Below are positions 1 to 12,777 of a DNA stretch of 64,000 bases, piece after piece. The notes beneath the pieces were generated by a model. That model worked only from the letters and a program-made list of their open reading frames with translations. It had not been told where the DNA came from and made no database searches. The DNA is from Mobula hypostoma (taxonomy: Eukaryota): positions 95,048,001 to 95,112,000 of the forward strand of contig NC_086107.1 of the NCBI RefSeq assembly GCF_963921235.1, given 5' to 3'. Every line of letters starts with the position of its first letter. Within the stretch, counting starts at the first letter, position 1. Both the position numbers and the translations under genes were made by a program.

Positions 1-523
1 CGCAGGAAAGCAGCATCCATCATCAGGGACCCCCACCACCCAGGACATGCTCTCTTCTTGCTGTTGCCATCAGAAAGAAGGTACAGGAGCCTCAGGACTC
101 ACACCAGTGGTGCAGGAACAGTTATTACCCCTCACCATCAGGCTCTTGAACCAAAGGGGATAACTTCACTCACCCCCATCATTGAAATGTTCCTACAACC
201 TACAGACTCACTTTCAAGGACTCTTCATCTTATGTTCTTGATTTTAATTTTTTATTTCTTCTTCTTATTGTTTGTTTCTTTTTTATATCTACACAGTCTG
301 TTGTCTCTTGCCACTGTTTGAACACTCAAGTTGGTGCAGTCTTTCATTGATTCTGTTGTGGTTATTATTCTATAGATTTATTGAGTTTGCCCATAAGAAA
401 ACAAATCTCAGGGTTGTATATGGTGACAAATATGTACTTTGATAATAAATTTACTTTGAACTTATTGTTTATCTGCACCTCACTTTCTCTGTAGCTGTTC
501 AATTTATTCTGTATTGTTATGGT

Positions 524-557
524 TTCTGACGAAGGGTCTCAGCCCGAAACGTCGACT
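524..557 (+). ncRNA. Hammerhead core with truncated stem I
   Basis: CTGACGA 526-532, GAAA 546-549, GTC 551-553; the 5' strand of stem I is largely missing. Confidence 0.45.
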
Positions 558-2841
558 GTACCTCTTCCTAGAGATGCTGCCTGGCCTGCTGCGTTCACCA
601 GCAACTTTGATGTGTGTTGCTTGAATTTCCAGCATCTGCAGAATTCCTCGTGTTTGTGTTTTTAAATTATACATAAATTAGTTTGCATATCATAGAGGGC
701 TCAACTAGTTAAATGCCTCACTAAGCTAATCCCTTCACCCTCCACAATGTCCATACAAATCAAGGTAATAAAATGGAAAACTATTTAACAGTTGCAGAGA
801 GGGAGCACAGTACAGGCAGACAATAAGGTGCAAGGACCACAGTGAGGTAGATTGTGAAGTGAAAAGTCCGTCTTATCGTAACTAGCAGATCATTCAATAA
901 AATATAACTGCGGAGTAAAAATGAAAGTAAGTTTAAATTTATTATTAATGCTTATGCCACCATACTCACTGGAATTTAGAAGAATGAGGAGAGATCTCAC
1001 TGAAACCTATCGAATATTGGAAGGTGTAGATAGAGTGGATGTGGAGAGGATGTTTCCTACGCTGGGGGAGTCTAGGACCAGAGGGCACAGCTGCAGAAAA
1101 GAGGGACATCCATTTAGAACAGAGATGATGAGGAATTTCTTTAGCTAGAGGGTGGTGAATCTGTGGAACTCTTTACCACAGGCACTGTGGAGGCCAGGTC
1201 ATTGGGTGTATTGAAGGCAGGGGTTGATAGGTTCTTGATTAGTCAGGGCTTTGAAGGTTATGGGGAGAAGGCAGTAGAATGGGGTTGATAGGGAAATGGT
1301 GGAGCAGACTCGATGGGCTGAATGGCCTAATTCTGCTTCTATGTCCTGTGGTCTTATATGCTACCTTGAGATTCATTTTCTTGCAAGCATGTAGAGGAAA
1401 GTAAAGAAAAACAATAGAACTTGTGAAAAACTGTGCATAACAAAGACAGAGACAATGTGCAAAAGAAGACAAATCATGAAAATAGTAAAAAGTAAATGAA
1501 TAATGTTGAGAATGAGTCACAGAGTCTTTGAAAGTGAATCCATTGGAGTCTGTAGGTTGTGAAGTAGAGGTGAGTGAAGTTATCCACGCTGGTTCAGGAT
1601 CCTGATGGTTGTGGGGTAATAACTGTTACTGAACCTGGCAGTGTGTGACCTAAGACTCTTGAATCTCTTGCCCAGTGGTAGAAGCTATCCTTAAGCATGC
1701 CGGGATGTGCTTTCAGGCGTTTTTATCTTCTGCCCAGTGGGAGGGAGAAGGGAGAGTGTCCGGACTGGGAGGAATCATTGATTCTGCTGACTGCTTCATC
1801 GAGGCAGTGGGAAGTGTAGACAGGGTCCACTGTGTCTGCCACCCTCTGCAGTTTCTTTTGGTGACTGGCAGAAGAGTTACTGTACCAAGTCCTGATACAT
1901 CTGAGTAGGAGCTTTCTGTAGTGCACCGATTTAAAAATCGGTAAGGGTCAAAGAGGACATGCCAATTTTTATCTAGGTGTCCATGTGCGTCTATGGTATC
2001 TGTCTCCACCACCCCCACCACCCTTGGAGCTCATTCCAGGTACCTGCCACTCTCTGTGTAAAAAAAAAAGTTCTCCAAGCACCTCCTTTGAACTTATCCC
2101 CTTCACACCTTAAACGGATGCTCTCAGTTATTAGACATTTCAAACCTGGGAAAGAGATACCAGACAACTACTCTATCTGCACTTCTCAATCATCTCATAA
2201 ACTTTTATTTTCTACACAAAGAACACAGTTAGATCAAAGGCAAAGTCCATGATAGCACACAATAGTGTTGGTTTACTGCGGTGGTGATCAGGGTTGTGAT
2301 TGGGGTCAAGAACCTGCTGGTTGAAGGGAAGTTGCTGATCCTGAACCTGGTGGTGTGGAACTTCAGGCTTCTGTACCTTCTGCCCAGTGGGAGCTGTAGG
2401 GAGATGACAAGGCCCGAACGTTGGAGACCTTTGATGGTAGATGTTGCCTTTTTGAGGCAGTACCTCCTGAAGATACTACCGATGGTTAGGGAGGGATGTG
2501 GTCCTCTACTCCCTGTGCTTCTAACGTTCCTGCACATTCAGATTGCCATACCAGACCATGATGCAACCAGTGAGGGCACTTCCAACAGTGTATCTGTAGA
2601 AGTTTGTTTGTGTTCGGTGACAAACCAAATCTCCTTGAGCTCCTAACCTTAGGACAACCTCACTAGGGGAACTTCCCAGAGTTCTGATCTCGGAATTTCA
2701 GGAAGGTGGCAGGGGAAAGTGTTTGACAAATTGGGATGTCCCATGCCGAGCCTCCAGGATGTTCAGAGAGGCAACACTGGGGTGAGGGAGCTGCCTGGGC
2801 AATGTGTTCACACCCGTCTCCTCTCTTCTCATTGGCTGCAG

Positions 2842-3005
2842 AACAGGCATGTGACCCAGCGCAAAATGCAGATGTGGCGGCTGTGGTGATGCAGGAGGGT
2901 CTGGCGCACATCTGCTTGGTGACGTCCTGTATGACGGTGCTGAGGGCCAAGGTGGAGAGCACGATCCCCAGGAAACGGAAAGGCAGCTGTTCTCAGCACG
3001 ACAAG
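2842..3005 (+). CDS. PELO: Pelota (Dom34/eRF1-like ribosome rescue factor), first coding exon visible in the window; upstream exons lie outside
   Basis: AG 2840-2841, GT 3006-3007; encodes EQACDPAQNADVAAVVMQEGLAHICLVTSCMTVLRAKVESTIPRKRKGSCSQHDK, matching human PELO EQACDPAWSADVAAVVMQEGLAHICLV...IPRKRKGNCSQHD. Confidence 0.96.
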
Positions 3006-3388
3006 GTGGGGTGGTGGGGTGGTGGGGTGATGGTGGGGGAGGAGAGCGGTGTCTGACACCCAGTCCCAGCAGGAGGGAGGAGGATGGTGTGTCCGGTACG
3101 CAGTTCCAGAGGTGGGGAGAGGACGGTGTGGCCAGCACCTGATCCCAGGGGGGTGTGAGAGGGTGGTGTGTCCGATGCCTAGTCCCAAAGGAGTTAGGAA
3201 GAGAAAGGTGTGTCTTACACCTGGTTCCGGAGTGGAGGTGGGGAGAGGTCCCAAGTGGGGAGAGGACGGTGTGTTCAATGCCTGGACTTGGAGAAGAGAG
3301 GGGAAGGGCGAAGATGGTTTTTGATACCCATGGTGGGCTTGGGGAGTGGACATTCACTCACTGACCTGCTGACCACACTCTGTTCTAG

Positions 3389-3449
3389 GCCCTGGAGAGG
3401 TTCTACGAGTCCGTCATGCAGGGGATCATTCGACACATCAACTTCGATG
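3389..3449 (+). CDS. PELO: Pelota coding exon
   Basis: ttctag|gcc...gat g|gtgggt; ALERFYESVMQGIIRHINFD; phases fit neighbouring exons. Confidence 0.95.
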
Positions 3450-4041
3450 GTGGGTGTCCTCTCCACCCTCCCTTCCATCACACTCCCCCTCCCCTATTCC
3501 CCTCTCTCTCCCCACCCCTGTTCCCCTCTGTCCACCCTCTTCTATCACACTCCCTCTCCTCCATTTCCCTCTCACCCCTATTCCCCTCTCTCCCCCTCCC
3601 TCACCCTCTCCTCCCCTCTCTCCCCCACCCTCCCTCTCTCTCTCCCCGTACCCCCTCCTCACTCTCTGTCCCCACCCTTCCCTACTCATTTCCTCTCCCC
3701 AGCCTTCTCTCTCTAACCCTCTCTTTCCCCACCTCCCACCACCTCTCCCTCCCCCTATCCCCCACTCTCCCTCTTCTCCTATATCTTCCACTCTCTTCTG
3801 TCCCACTCCTCCTCCTTTCCTTATTCTCCTCCCTCTCTCCCCTTTCTCCCTATCTCTCACCCCTCTCCCCCTACCTCTATCCCTTCCCCCTTTCTCACCC
3901 CTGCCTCTCCCCTCTTTCTCCCCCGCTTTTCCCCTCTCTCACCCTACCTTCTCTCCTCTTCTCTCTGGCCCCTCTCTCTTCCCCCTTTTCTCTCCCTCCC
4001 CAGACTCTGACACGCTGTTCCCTCTCTCCCCCACACCTCAG

Positions 4042-4203
4042 TGGTGAAGTGCGTGCTGATTGCCAGCCCTGGTTTCGTCAAAGAACACTTCTGCAATTAC
4101 ATGTTTGACCAGGCAGTGAAATCCGATCTCCGGCTCATCCTCGACAACCGCTCCAAGTTCCTACAGGTTCACTCCTCCTCTGGGCACAAGTACGCCCTTA
4201 AAG
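4042..4203 (+). CDS. PELO: Pelota coding exon
   Basis: ctcag|tg...aaa g|gtgagc; VVKCVLIASPGFVKEHFCNYMFDQAVKSDLRLILDNRSKFLQVHSSSGHKYALK. Confidence 0.96.
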
Positions 4204-4225
4204 GTGAGCCTCCTAATTGGGGTTA

Positions 4226-4422
4226 GTCCATGCATTCCACATCAGCCACGTTACCTCTCCCCCATCTACATGTCACTCCCTACTTTCCTGAGTGGGTTTC
4301 GTCCATGCACTCCCCATCTGCCACATTACCTCTCCCCCAACTACATGTCACTCCCTACTTTCCTGAGTGGGTTTCGTCCATGCACTCCCCATCTGCCACA
4401 TTACCTCTCCCCCATCTACATG
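4226..4422. repeat. 75-bp tandem repeat, about 2.6 copies
   Basis: gtccatgca starts at 4226, 4301 and 4376. Confidence 0.9.
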
Positions 4423-4794
4423 TTAGGAGTGTGACGGAACACTCCCCTAGGTCCAACAATTCTCAGGAAGCTCGGTGCCGTTCAGGTGCATGCTTGATCG
4501 GCTTCCTACCCACCCACCCCCCCCCCCAAAACACCACCTCCCTCCATTGGTTCAACACACTGCGGCCGCTCACCCAAACCTCGTGCCTCTCCTGGCCAGC
4601 ACCACATGCAGGTTCCCCATACACCCCACAACCCTCTCTCACCGGCTTCACTGTGGCCAGGACTGAATCCTGGATCTCCCTCAACCAACGGCACCATTGG
4701 AGCCCCGACACCAGAACAAACAGCAGACAGCCCACACTCAACGTTCCCTTTAACTTTTAGTACAGTTGCGTGGACCCAGCATGGCTCTGAGCAG

Positions 4795-5240
4795 CACACA
4801 CAAAATGCTGGTGAGCGCGGCAGGCCAGGCAGCATCTGTAGGAAGAAGTACGGTCGACTTCTTATTTTGTTAATGAAGTCAACGAGCTCAGCATGCGTGC
4901 AGGAAGCAGCACCAACGCAGTTGTCGATGTAGCGAAGCAAAAGTGGGGGACGGATGCCAGTATAGGCTTGGAACATGGACTGTTCCACAAAGCCAACAAA
5001 AAGGCAGGCGGGAATAGTCCATGTTCCAAGCCTATACTGGCATCCATCCCCCACTTTTCCTTCGCTATCTTAGCAACTGCATTGGCGCTGCTTCCTGCAC
5101 GCACGCTGAGCTCGTTGACTTCATTAACAGAATAAGAAGTCGACCATACTTCTTCCTATAGATGCTGTTTGGCCTGTCGTGTTCACCAGCATTTTGTGTG
5201 TGTTGCTTGAATTTCCAGCATCTGCAGATTTTCTCATGTT
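4795..5240. mobile_element. Penelope-like foldback insertion containing an RT fragment
   Basis: ~190-bp inverted arms; minus strand encodes ACLFVGFVEQSMFQAYTGIRPPLLLRYIDNCVGAASCTHAELVDFIN (RYIDD-type RT motif); TSD atggctc(t/c)gagcag at 4781-4794 and 5241-5254. Confidence 0.8.
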
Positions 5241-5559
5241 ATGGCTCCGAGCAGGAAGTTTTTGCCTGAAAATAGTGTGGTGCTATATTTTTGTAATATG
5301 CATACTATGAATATTGGATTGAAAATTGAAAAATCGCATACTTTTTATTTTATTTATTATTTGAAGGGTGTAATGGAATACAGTACAACCAAGAAAAGCT
5401 TTCACGTTTTGTAAACTTTTACTTGCTGCACGGCAACAAAGGCTAAGTGCACGGGAGCATTTCCGTTACTGAGTGGCCGTGTGCCAGCACAGCTTAGCGG
5501 GAACAGTGCTCACATTCACCTTCTCGGAGGTGATTAGGGATGGATGATGAACATAGACA

Positions 5560-5815
5560 ATTTCCCACCTTCGTGAGGGGATGCTTAGGGATGGGTGATA
5601 AATGCTGGCAATTTCCAACCTTCCCAAGGGGTTGATTAGGGATGGGCGATAAATGCTGGCAATTTCCAACCTTCCCAAGGGGTTGATTAGGGATGGGCGA
5701 TAAATGCTGGCAATTTCCATGCCTTCCCAAGGGGGTGATTAGGGATGGGTGATAAATGCTGGCAATTTCCCACCTTCCCAAGGGGGTGATTAGGGATGAG
5801 CGATAAATGCTGGGA
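5560..5815. repeat. 51-bp minisatellite, about 5 copies
   Basis: Unit gggttgattagggatgggcgataaatgctggcaatttccaaccttcccaag; inverted relatives at ~20650-20900 and 60880-60925. Confidence 0.9.
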
Positions 5816-6011
5816 AGATCCAAATAGCGTCCGATGTGCAGATGGGAACAAAAGGAGCTGAGTCCCCTTGGTAGGGGGGTCTGCGCAGACAGGAGTGGGT
5901 ATGGGGGTGGGTGGTGGGTGGAGAGGTGAGGTCAACTAATCTTTGGGTGGCATGCGGGGGAGCTGAAAGATTTCAATCAGTGCCTCATATCCTTCCCACT
6001 CTGTTTCTCAG

Positions 6012-6058
6012 AGGTGCTCTGTGATCCCAACGTGACAGGACGACTGGCCAACACGAAG
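6012..6058 (+). CDS. PELO: Pelota coding exon
   Basis: tttctcag|ag...aag|gtgagg; EVLCDPNVTGRLANTK (human EALCDPTVASRLSDTK). Confidence 0.93.
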
Positions 6059-7045
6059 GTGAGGTGTGGGGCTTGGTCTCTGTTATCCTCTCCCTGACTT
6101 TGTGAACCCTCCCTCCCCCATTGCCATAAATGCCACCAGTCCTTATGCCCCTCCCTCCTCTACACACCTCCCCATCTCTGACACCCTCCTTCCCCTACAC
6201 CACTTCCCTTTTCCATGAACCCTACCCACCCCTACACACCTCATCTCTGACACCTTCCTTCCCCTACACACCTCCTCATCTCTGACACCCTCCTTCTCCT
6301 ACACCCCCCCGTCTCTGTGACCTCTCCCCATCTCTATGAATTCCACCCACCCCTTCACCGTGACTCCTTCCCTCCCCTACTCCCTTGTCGTCTCTGTGAT
6401 CTCTTACCTCCCCTACACCCCTCCCCATTTCCATCACCCCCTGCCTTACCTAGACCCCTCCCCTCCCCTCCCCCACATCCCTCCCTCACTAACTGATGAG
6501 TCCATCCACTTGGAATCAGAGGCTGAAGGATTGTGGAAGTGAAAGTGACAGGAGGGATCATGTGATCGTTGTTTCTAAGGACAGTGTGCGGAAAGGATAG
6601 GGAGCAGAGGGGGAAGGAGAGGGAGAATGAGAGAAGGGGTAGAAGGAGGGAGGAGACAACAATGGAGTGGTAGTGGGGGGGAGGGGAGAGGTTGAGAGGA
6701 GGAGGAGTGAAGGGAGAAGGAAGGAGCCTGTTAAAAGGGAGGGGTTGAGGAGGGGAGAAAGTAGGGAAGAAGGAGGGAGGGGAAAAAAGGAGAGGGGACT
6801 GGAGAGAGAGGGGATTGGAGTGGAACAGAAGGGTGCGAAGGAGGGGAGAGTAGAGAATGAAAGGGGGGAGAAGGAAGGAGGGGTAGGACAGGTAGGGAGG
6901 GTGGAGTTCAAGAAGGGGAATAGATGGGGTGGGGAATTGAAGTAGATATCCACCTTGGTTTCCCTTTCCCACACCCCCAGCCCCATTTACATCTATATTC
7001 TCTGTACCTACTTAACCTGCCCCTCTCCTTCCCCACCCATAACAG

Positions 7046-7119
7046 GCAGCTGGGGAAGTGAAAGCGCTGGAAGATTTCTACAAGATGCTGAAACAAGAGC
7101 CGGACCGAGCCTTCTACGG
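7046..7119 (+). CDS. PELO: Pelota coding exon
   Basis: aacag|gca...tac gg|gtaggt; AAGEVKALEDFYKMLKQEPDRAFYG. Confidence 0.95.
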
Positions 7120-7257
7120 GTAGGTGTGGGCGAGAGGAGTCCGTGCGGTGAGGAAGGGGATTCTGTGGGGTGGGTGAGAGACAACTGAGAAGGAGGGCAG
7201 AGAAGGGTAAGGGGGGGGGGAATGAAGATAAAGAGAGGAAGGGAGTGTGAGGCAGAA

Positions 7258-9170
7258 GCTCCCTCCCTCCTCTGCTCCTCCCCCTCCCTCCCCCTCCCTC
7301 CCTCTCTCCCCCTCCCTCCCCCCCTCTCCCCCTCCCTCCCCCCCCTCTCTCCCCCTCCCTCCCCCTCCCTCTCTCCCCCTCCCTCCCCCTCTCCCCCTCT
7401 CTCCCCCTCTCCCCCTCTCTCCCCCTCTCCCCTCCCTCCCCCTCTCTCCCCCTCTCCCCTCCCTCCCCCTCCCTCCCCCTCTCCCCCTCCCTCTCCCTCT
7501 CCCCCTCCCTCCCTCTCCCTCTCCCCCTCCCTCCCCCTCCCTCCCCCTCCCTCCCCCTCCCTCCCCCTCCCTCCCCCTCTCTCCCCCTCCCTCCCCCTCT
7601 CTCCCCCTCTCCCCCTCCCTCCCCCTCTCTCCCCCTCTCCCTCTCCCCCTCCCTCCCCCTCTCCCCCTCCCTCCCCCTCTCCCCCTCCTCCCCTCCTCCC
7701 TCCCCCTCCCTCCCCCTCCCTCTCTCCCTCCCCCTCCCTCCCTCTCTCCCTCCCCCTCCCTCCCTCTCTCCCTCCCCCTCCCTCTCTCCCTCCCCCTCTC
7801 CCTCCCCCTCCCTCCCTCTCTCCCTCCCCCTCCCTCCCCCTCCCTCCCTCTCCCCCTCCCCCCCTCCCTCCCTCTCTCCCTCCCCCCCTCCCTCCCTCTC
7901 TCCCTCCCCCCCTCCCTCCCTCTCTCCCTCTCCCCCCCTCCCTCCCTCTCTCCCTCTCCCCCTCTCCCCCTCCCCCCCTCCCTCCCTCTCCCCCTCCCCC
8001 TCCCTCCCTCTCCCCCTCCCCCTCCCTCCCTCTCCCCCTCCCCCTCCCTCCCTCCCTCCCTCCCTCCCCCTCCCTCCCTCCCTCTCTCCCTCCCCCTCCC
8101 TCCCTCCCTCTCTCCCTCCCCCTCCCTCCCTCCCTCTCTCCCTCCCCCTCCCTCTCTCCCTCCCCCTCCCTCCCTCTCTCCCTCCTCCCTCCCTCCCTCC
8201 CTCCCCCTCCCTCCCTCTCTCCCTCTCCCTCCCCCCCTCCCCCTCCCTCCCTCCCTCTCTCCCTCCCCCCCTCCCTCTCTCCCTCCCCCCCTCCCTCTCT
8301 CCCTCCCCCTCCCTCCCTCTCTCCCTCCCACTCCCTCCCTCTCTCCCTCACACTCCCTCCCTCTCTCCCTCACACTCCCTCCCTCTCTCCCTCCCTCCCC
8401 TCCCTCCCTCCTCCCTCCCTCCCTCCCTCTCTCCCTCCCCCTCCCTCCCTCTCTCCCTCCCCCTCCCCTCTCCCTCCCCCTCTCCCTCCCCCTCCCCTCC
8501 CCCCTCCCCCTCCCCCTCCCCCTCCCCCTCCCCCTCCCCCCCTCTCCCCCCTCCTCCCTCTCCCCCCCTCCTCCCTCTCCCTCTCCCTCTCCCCCTCCCC
8601 CTCCCCCTCCACCCCCCCTCCCCCTCCCCCTCCCTCCCTCTCTCCCTCCCCCTCCCTCCCTCTCTCCCTCACACTCCCTCCCTCTCTCCCTCACACTCCC
8701 TCCCACTCTCCCTCACACTCCCTCCCTCTCTCCCTCACACTCCCTCCCTCTCTCCCTCACACTCCCTCCCTCTCTCCCTCACCCTCCCTCCCTCTCCCTC
8801 CCCCTCCCTCCCTCTCCCTCCCTCTCTCCCTCCCTCTCCCTCCCTCTCTCCCTCCCCCTCCCTCTCTCCCTCCCAACTCCCCCTCTTCCTCCCCTTCTCA
8901 CACCATTTCCCCTCCCCTTCTCTCCCCATTTCCCCTCCCCTTCTCTCCCCATTTCCCCTCCCCTTCTCTCCCCATTCCCCCTTCTCTCCCCACTCCCCCT
9001 CCCCTTCTCTCCCCACTCCCCCTCCCCTTCTCTCCCCACTCTCCCTCTCTCTCTCCCCATTCCCTCTCTCCCCCTCCCCCTCTACCCATCCCCCTTCTCT
9101 CCCATCCCCCTCTACCCCTACCCTCACTGCCCCCACTCCTCCTCCCCCTCTCCCACCCCCTCCCTCTCTG
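7258..9170. repeat. ~1.9-kb C/T low-complexity tract
   Basis: Almost exclusively C and T on the + strand; similar tracts at ~3470-4035, 18760-19720, 25050-25420, 29915-30340 and 45760-46190. Confidence 0.95.
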
Positions 9171-9716
9171 CCTAAATCACAGCCTCACTGGGCGTGTCTC
9201 AGCACAGAATCAGAAGCCCAGGTGTGTTTTCAGAAGTTTGCAACCTCCCAGATACTGGGAAAGAACCAGGGGATTTCTGCCCAGCTGCTTCATTATCGTG
9301 GGAGGATCATTAACCCTTTGCTATCAGCCTGATAGGACAATGTGGTGGAAGCTTCACTCCGTCTAACCTCAGGAATGTATGATGGGACAGTATGGAGGCA
9401 TCTTCACTCTGTGATTGACCCCAGGGAGTGTGTGATGGGATGGTGTGGAGGAACTTCACTCTGTGTTTGACCCAGGAGTGTGTGATGGGACAGTGAGGAG
9501 GGAGCTTTGTGTCTGACCCCAGGGAGTGTGTGATGGGATGGTGTGACGGAGCTTCACTCTGTGTCTGTCTCTGTGGGTATGCAATAGGATGGTGAGGAGG
9601 GAGCTTCCCTCTGTGATTGATCCTAGGAGTGTGTGATGGGATGGTGTGGAGGAACTTCACTCTGTGTCTGATCCAGGAGTGCGTGATGGGACAGTGAGGA
9701 GGGAGCTTCCCTCTGT

Positions 9717-10782
9717 GGCTATGTCCACACTACGCCGGATAATTTTGAAAACGAAGCTTTTTCTCTTCGTTTTGACCCTCCGTCCACACTGAACCGGCGT
9801 TTTTAGCCCCCGAAAACGGAGATTTTCAGAAATGGTCTCCAGAGTGAATAAATCTGAAAACGCCTAATATCTGTTGCAGTGTGTACGGGGTAACCGGAAC
9901 TTTTTAAAACCACTGTCATGACGTGCCGGAACAAATGGTGGCAGCCCGGCATTTCATTGTTTTCTTCTTCTTATTATTCTTCTTATTATTACTACTTTAT
10001 TGTCGTCAAAGATTGATACTAGAGTGTACAATCATCACAGCGATATTTGATTCTGTGCTTCGCAGAACCTAACAATTTCAGAACAGACGGCAACGAGACT
10101 GAAGCCAGAAGAGTTAGAAATGTACTCACCAAATACTTCGACCCATAGCTTACTGAGTAAATAAGTATACTCACTTTGCCCTGTTTTCTGTCCTTGCTTG
10201 TATGAAGGTAAGGACAGAAAACACCCTCCGCCACCTCCAGTTTAAATTCCGTATGGAATATTTTGGAGGATCAAGAACCAAGGTGGTTTACCTATTTATG
10301 CAAGTACTGTACTTCTCTGACAATAGATGTGTAACAGCCGAATGTAACATTGTATAGAAATACAAGATAACACTGACGCAGACATGTTTTATACATTTAA
10401 CAAGGTGCTTTATTAATGCAACAGAGTTAGTCAGTTTTTCAATGTTCATCGTCAGCCGGGTCATACTGCCCGTGAACTCCCTGTCAGTTGCCTCCATACG
10501 CTCCAGTCTTTGTTTTTTTTAGTTTTAAATCCTTCTGCGTGAGAGCCAAGAGCAATTCCTTTGAAGTTTTTCTACTTTGTAACTGGACAAACGTGCACCA
10601 ACTATACCGTTTCCTCTTCGCTTGTTTTCTGTGTGCCCTGCGCATGCCCAGTAGGAGGAGATTTGCCCAAATATCTGTCTAATGTGGACAGAGATATTTT
10701 GAAAAACGCTTAGTGTGGACGCCTGTCGTTTTTACTCGAAACCGGCGTTTTCAAAATTATCCGGCGTAGTGTGGACGTAGCC
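9717..10782. mobile_element. Non-autonomous DNA transposon, PIF/Harbinger-like
   Basis: 37-bp TIRs GGCTATGTCCACACTACGCCGGATAATTTTGAAAACG (9717-9753; 10746-10782; one mismatch); 3-bp TSD TGT; no transposase ORF. Confidence 0.85.
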
Positions 10783-11303
10783 TGTGACTGACCCCAGGAG
10801 TGTGTGATGGGACAGTGTGACCTCACCAACCAGGGTTTACTGTTGGTGCAGATGTTAATTTTGGTAATTGCTTCTGTGGTGAAGGGTGTCAAAAGTAACA
10901 AAACTAAAACAGTGGTGTTGTGGACCTTGTGGAAGGTAGATGGTCTTTGTAGGTTACAGTGGGGCATTGACAGGACACAGAAGTGGCAGATGGAGTTCAA
11001 CCTGGAAAAGTGTGAAGTGATTTACCTAGGAAGGTCGAACTTGAGAACAAAGTACAGGTTTAAGGTGAGAAGGGGAAGGTGGAAAAATGCAGGCTTTTCC
11101 CATGTAGGAGGCAGTGACATATGGAATGAGCTGCCACAGAAGTGGATAGGCGGCTACAATTAAAAGACACAAAACAAGCACGGACAGGAAAGGTGGGCTA
11201 AATACAGGCAGGTGGGAGCAGCTCGGGAGAGCACAGGGGTCAGGAGTTGGCAGAAGGACCTGCTTCCATGGTGTTAATGAATGAATTCTGACCCCTCCCC
11301 CAG

Positions 11304-11375
11304 GGTGAAGCAAGTGGAGAAGGCAAACGAGGCCCTGGCCGTGGAAACCCTCCTCATTTCCGACAGTCTCTTCAG
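11304..11375 (+). CDS. PELO: Pelota coding exon
   Basis: ccccag|g gtg...ttc ag|gtgagt; VKQVEKANEALAVETLLISDSLFR. Confidence 0.95.
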
Positions 11376-12777
11376 GTGAGTTCACCTGTCACTCCCGTTC
11401 CCCTTTCAGTTGCGGGGTTGGGGTGGGTGAGCGTAATTTGCCCAGATCACTCCTGGCCTTCCATGAGAGGGAAAAGAACTTCTCTCACCATGCCGCCTGC
11501 ACCCCGCCTCTCTCCCCCCACAGCGGACCTGGGGCGAGCGCACAGCAGAATTCCACAAGTGACTGAAGGAGGTGGCTGGTCCCAGGAGAGGAGGGAGGAG
11601 TTGTGGAAGGTGAGGTCTTTCTCCTTCCTCCCATCCATCCCACCCTTCCTCTCTTCCCCCTCTCTGAGCCCTCCACAATCCCATTCCCACCATCCCTCCG
11701 TCTCTAACCCCTCCTGTCACACCACTGACTCTCCCTTTCCCTCCCTGACACACTCACACTCTCTCTCTCTCTCTCTCACTCTCTGTCTCCCCTTCTCCCC
11801 CTCTCCATCACTCCGTCTCTCTCTCCCTTTCTCTGTCTCACACACTCCCTCCTTCCCGTGTCCCAGTCTGCTGAGCTAACCACTGTTGAGTTGTGCTTGT
11901 CGGGCCTAGATGAGTACCTTTGATCCCTCTTGCCTTTCATGTCTCCCTGCCAGGGAATTTTCTGTGCCTGGGCTCAAATTGTCTCCCATCCCTCCCCCTT
12001 GCGTCCCAGATTTGGAATGAATCCAGATTCCCGGCAACTCTACATAATTGGAATACTCTTCACTAACCCACCAATCCCGCCTTACCCTCCCTGCTCTTTC
12101 CCCCCTGCTTGTGTACAGCGAGGTCCCTCCATCCCATTCATGATGTATGTCCTACCCTCTGTCCCTCAACACTCCTCACCATTCACGGTGTGTCCTACCC
12201 TCATACACTGAACTCCCTCTGTCCCTCGTTACTCTCCACCATTCAAGGCGTGTCTAACCCTTGTATACCGAGGTCTCTCTGTTTCTCAATAATCCCCACC
12301 ATTCACTGTGTGTGTCATACCCTTGTATACCGAGGTCTCTGTTCCTCTGTTGTTTGATGTTCTAGTACCAGAACCATGCCGGTGATCCTGCAGTGGGTCT
12401 GACCCAGAGGAATACAGAGACAGGAGCTGTACACGGTGATCCCGGTGTGGGTCTGACCCAGGAGAATATGGAGACAGGAACTGCGCCCACATATCCTGGT
12501 GGGGGGGGGGTCTGACCCAGAGGAATACAGAGACAGGAACTGTGCATGGTGATTCTGGTGTGGGTCTGACCTGGAGGATACAGGGACAGGAACTGTGCAC
12601 GGTGATCCCGGTGTGGGTCTGACCCAGGAGATACAGAGACAGGAACTGTGCACGGTGAACCCAGTGTGGGTCTGACCCAGGGGATACTGAGATGGGAAAC
12701 GTGTGAGCACATGTCTCAGGAGGATACTGAGGCCAGAAACATGAAGACTACTCTTCCTCTTTCTTCCCCTTCAACAG

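Noticed and set aside
7008..9366. Very long Pro/Ser/Leu-rich and Gly/Arg/Glu-rich ORFs (447-714 aa), and similar ORFs at 3416-4108 and 18689-20017
   Set aside because: They arise from C/T low-complexity tracts that lack stop codons in several frames, and they lie inside PELO introns.
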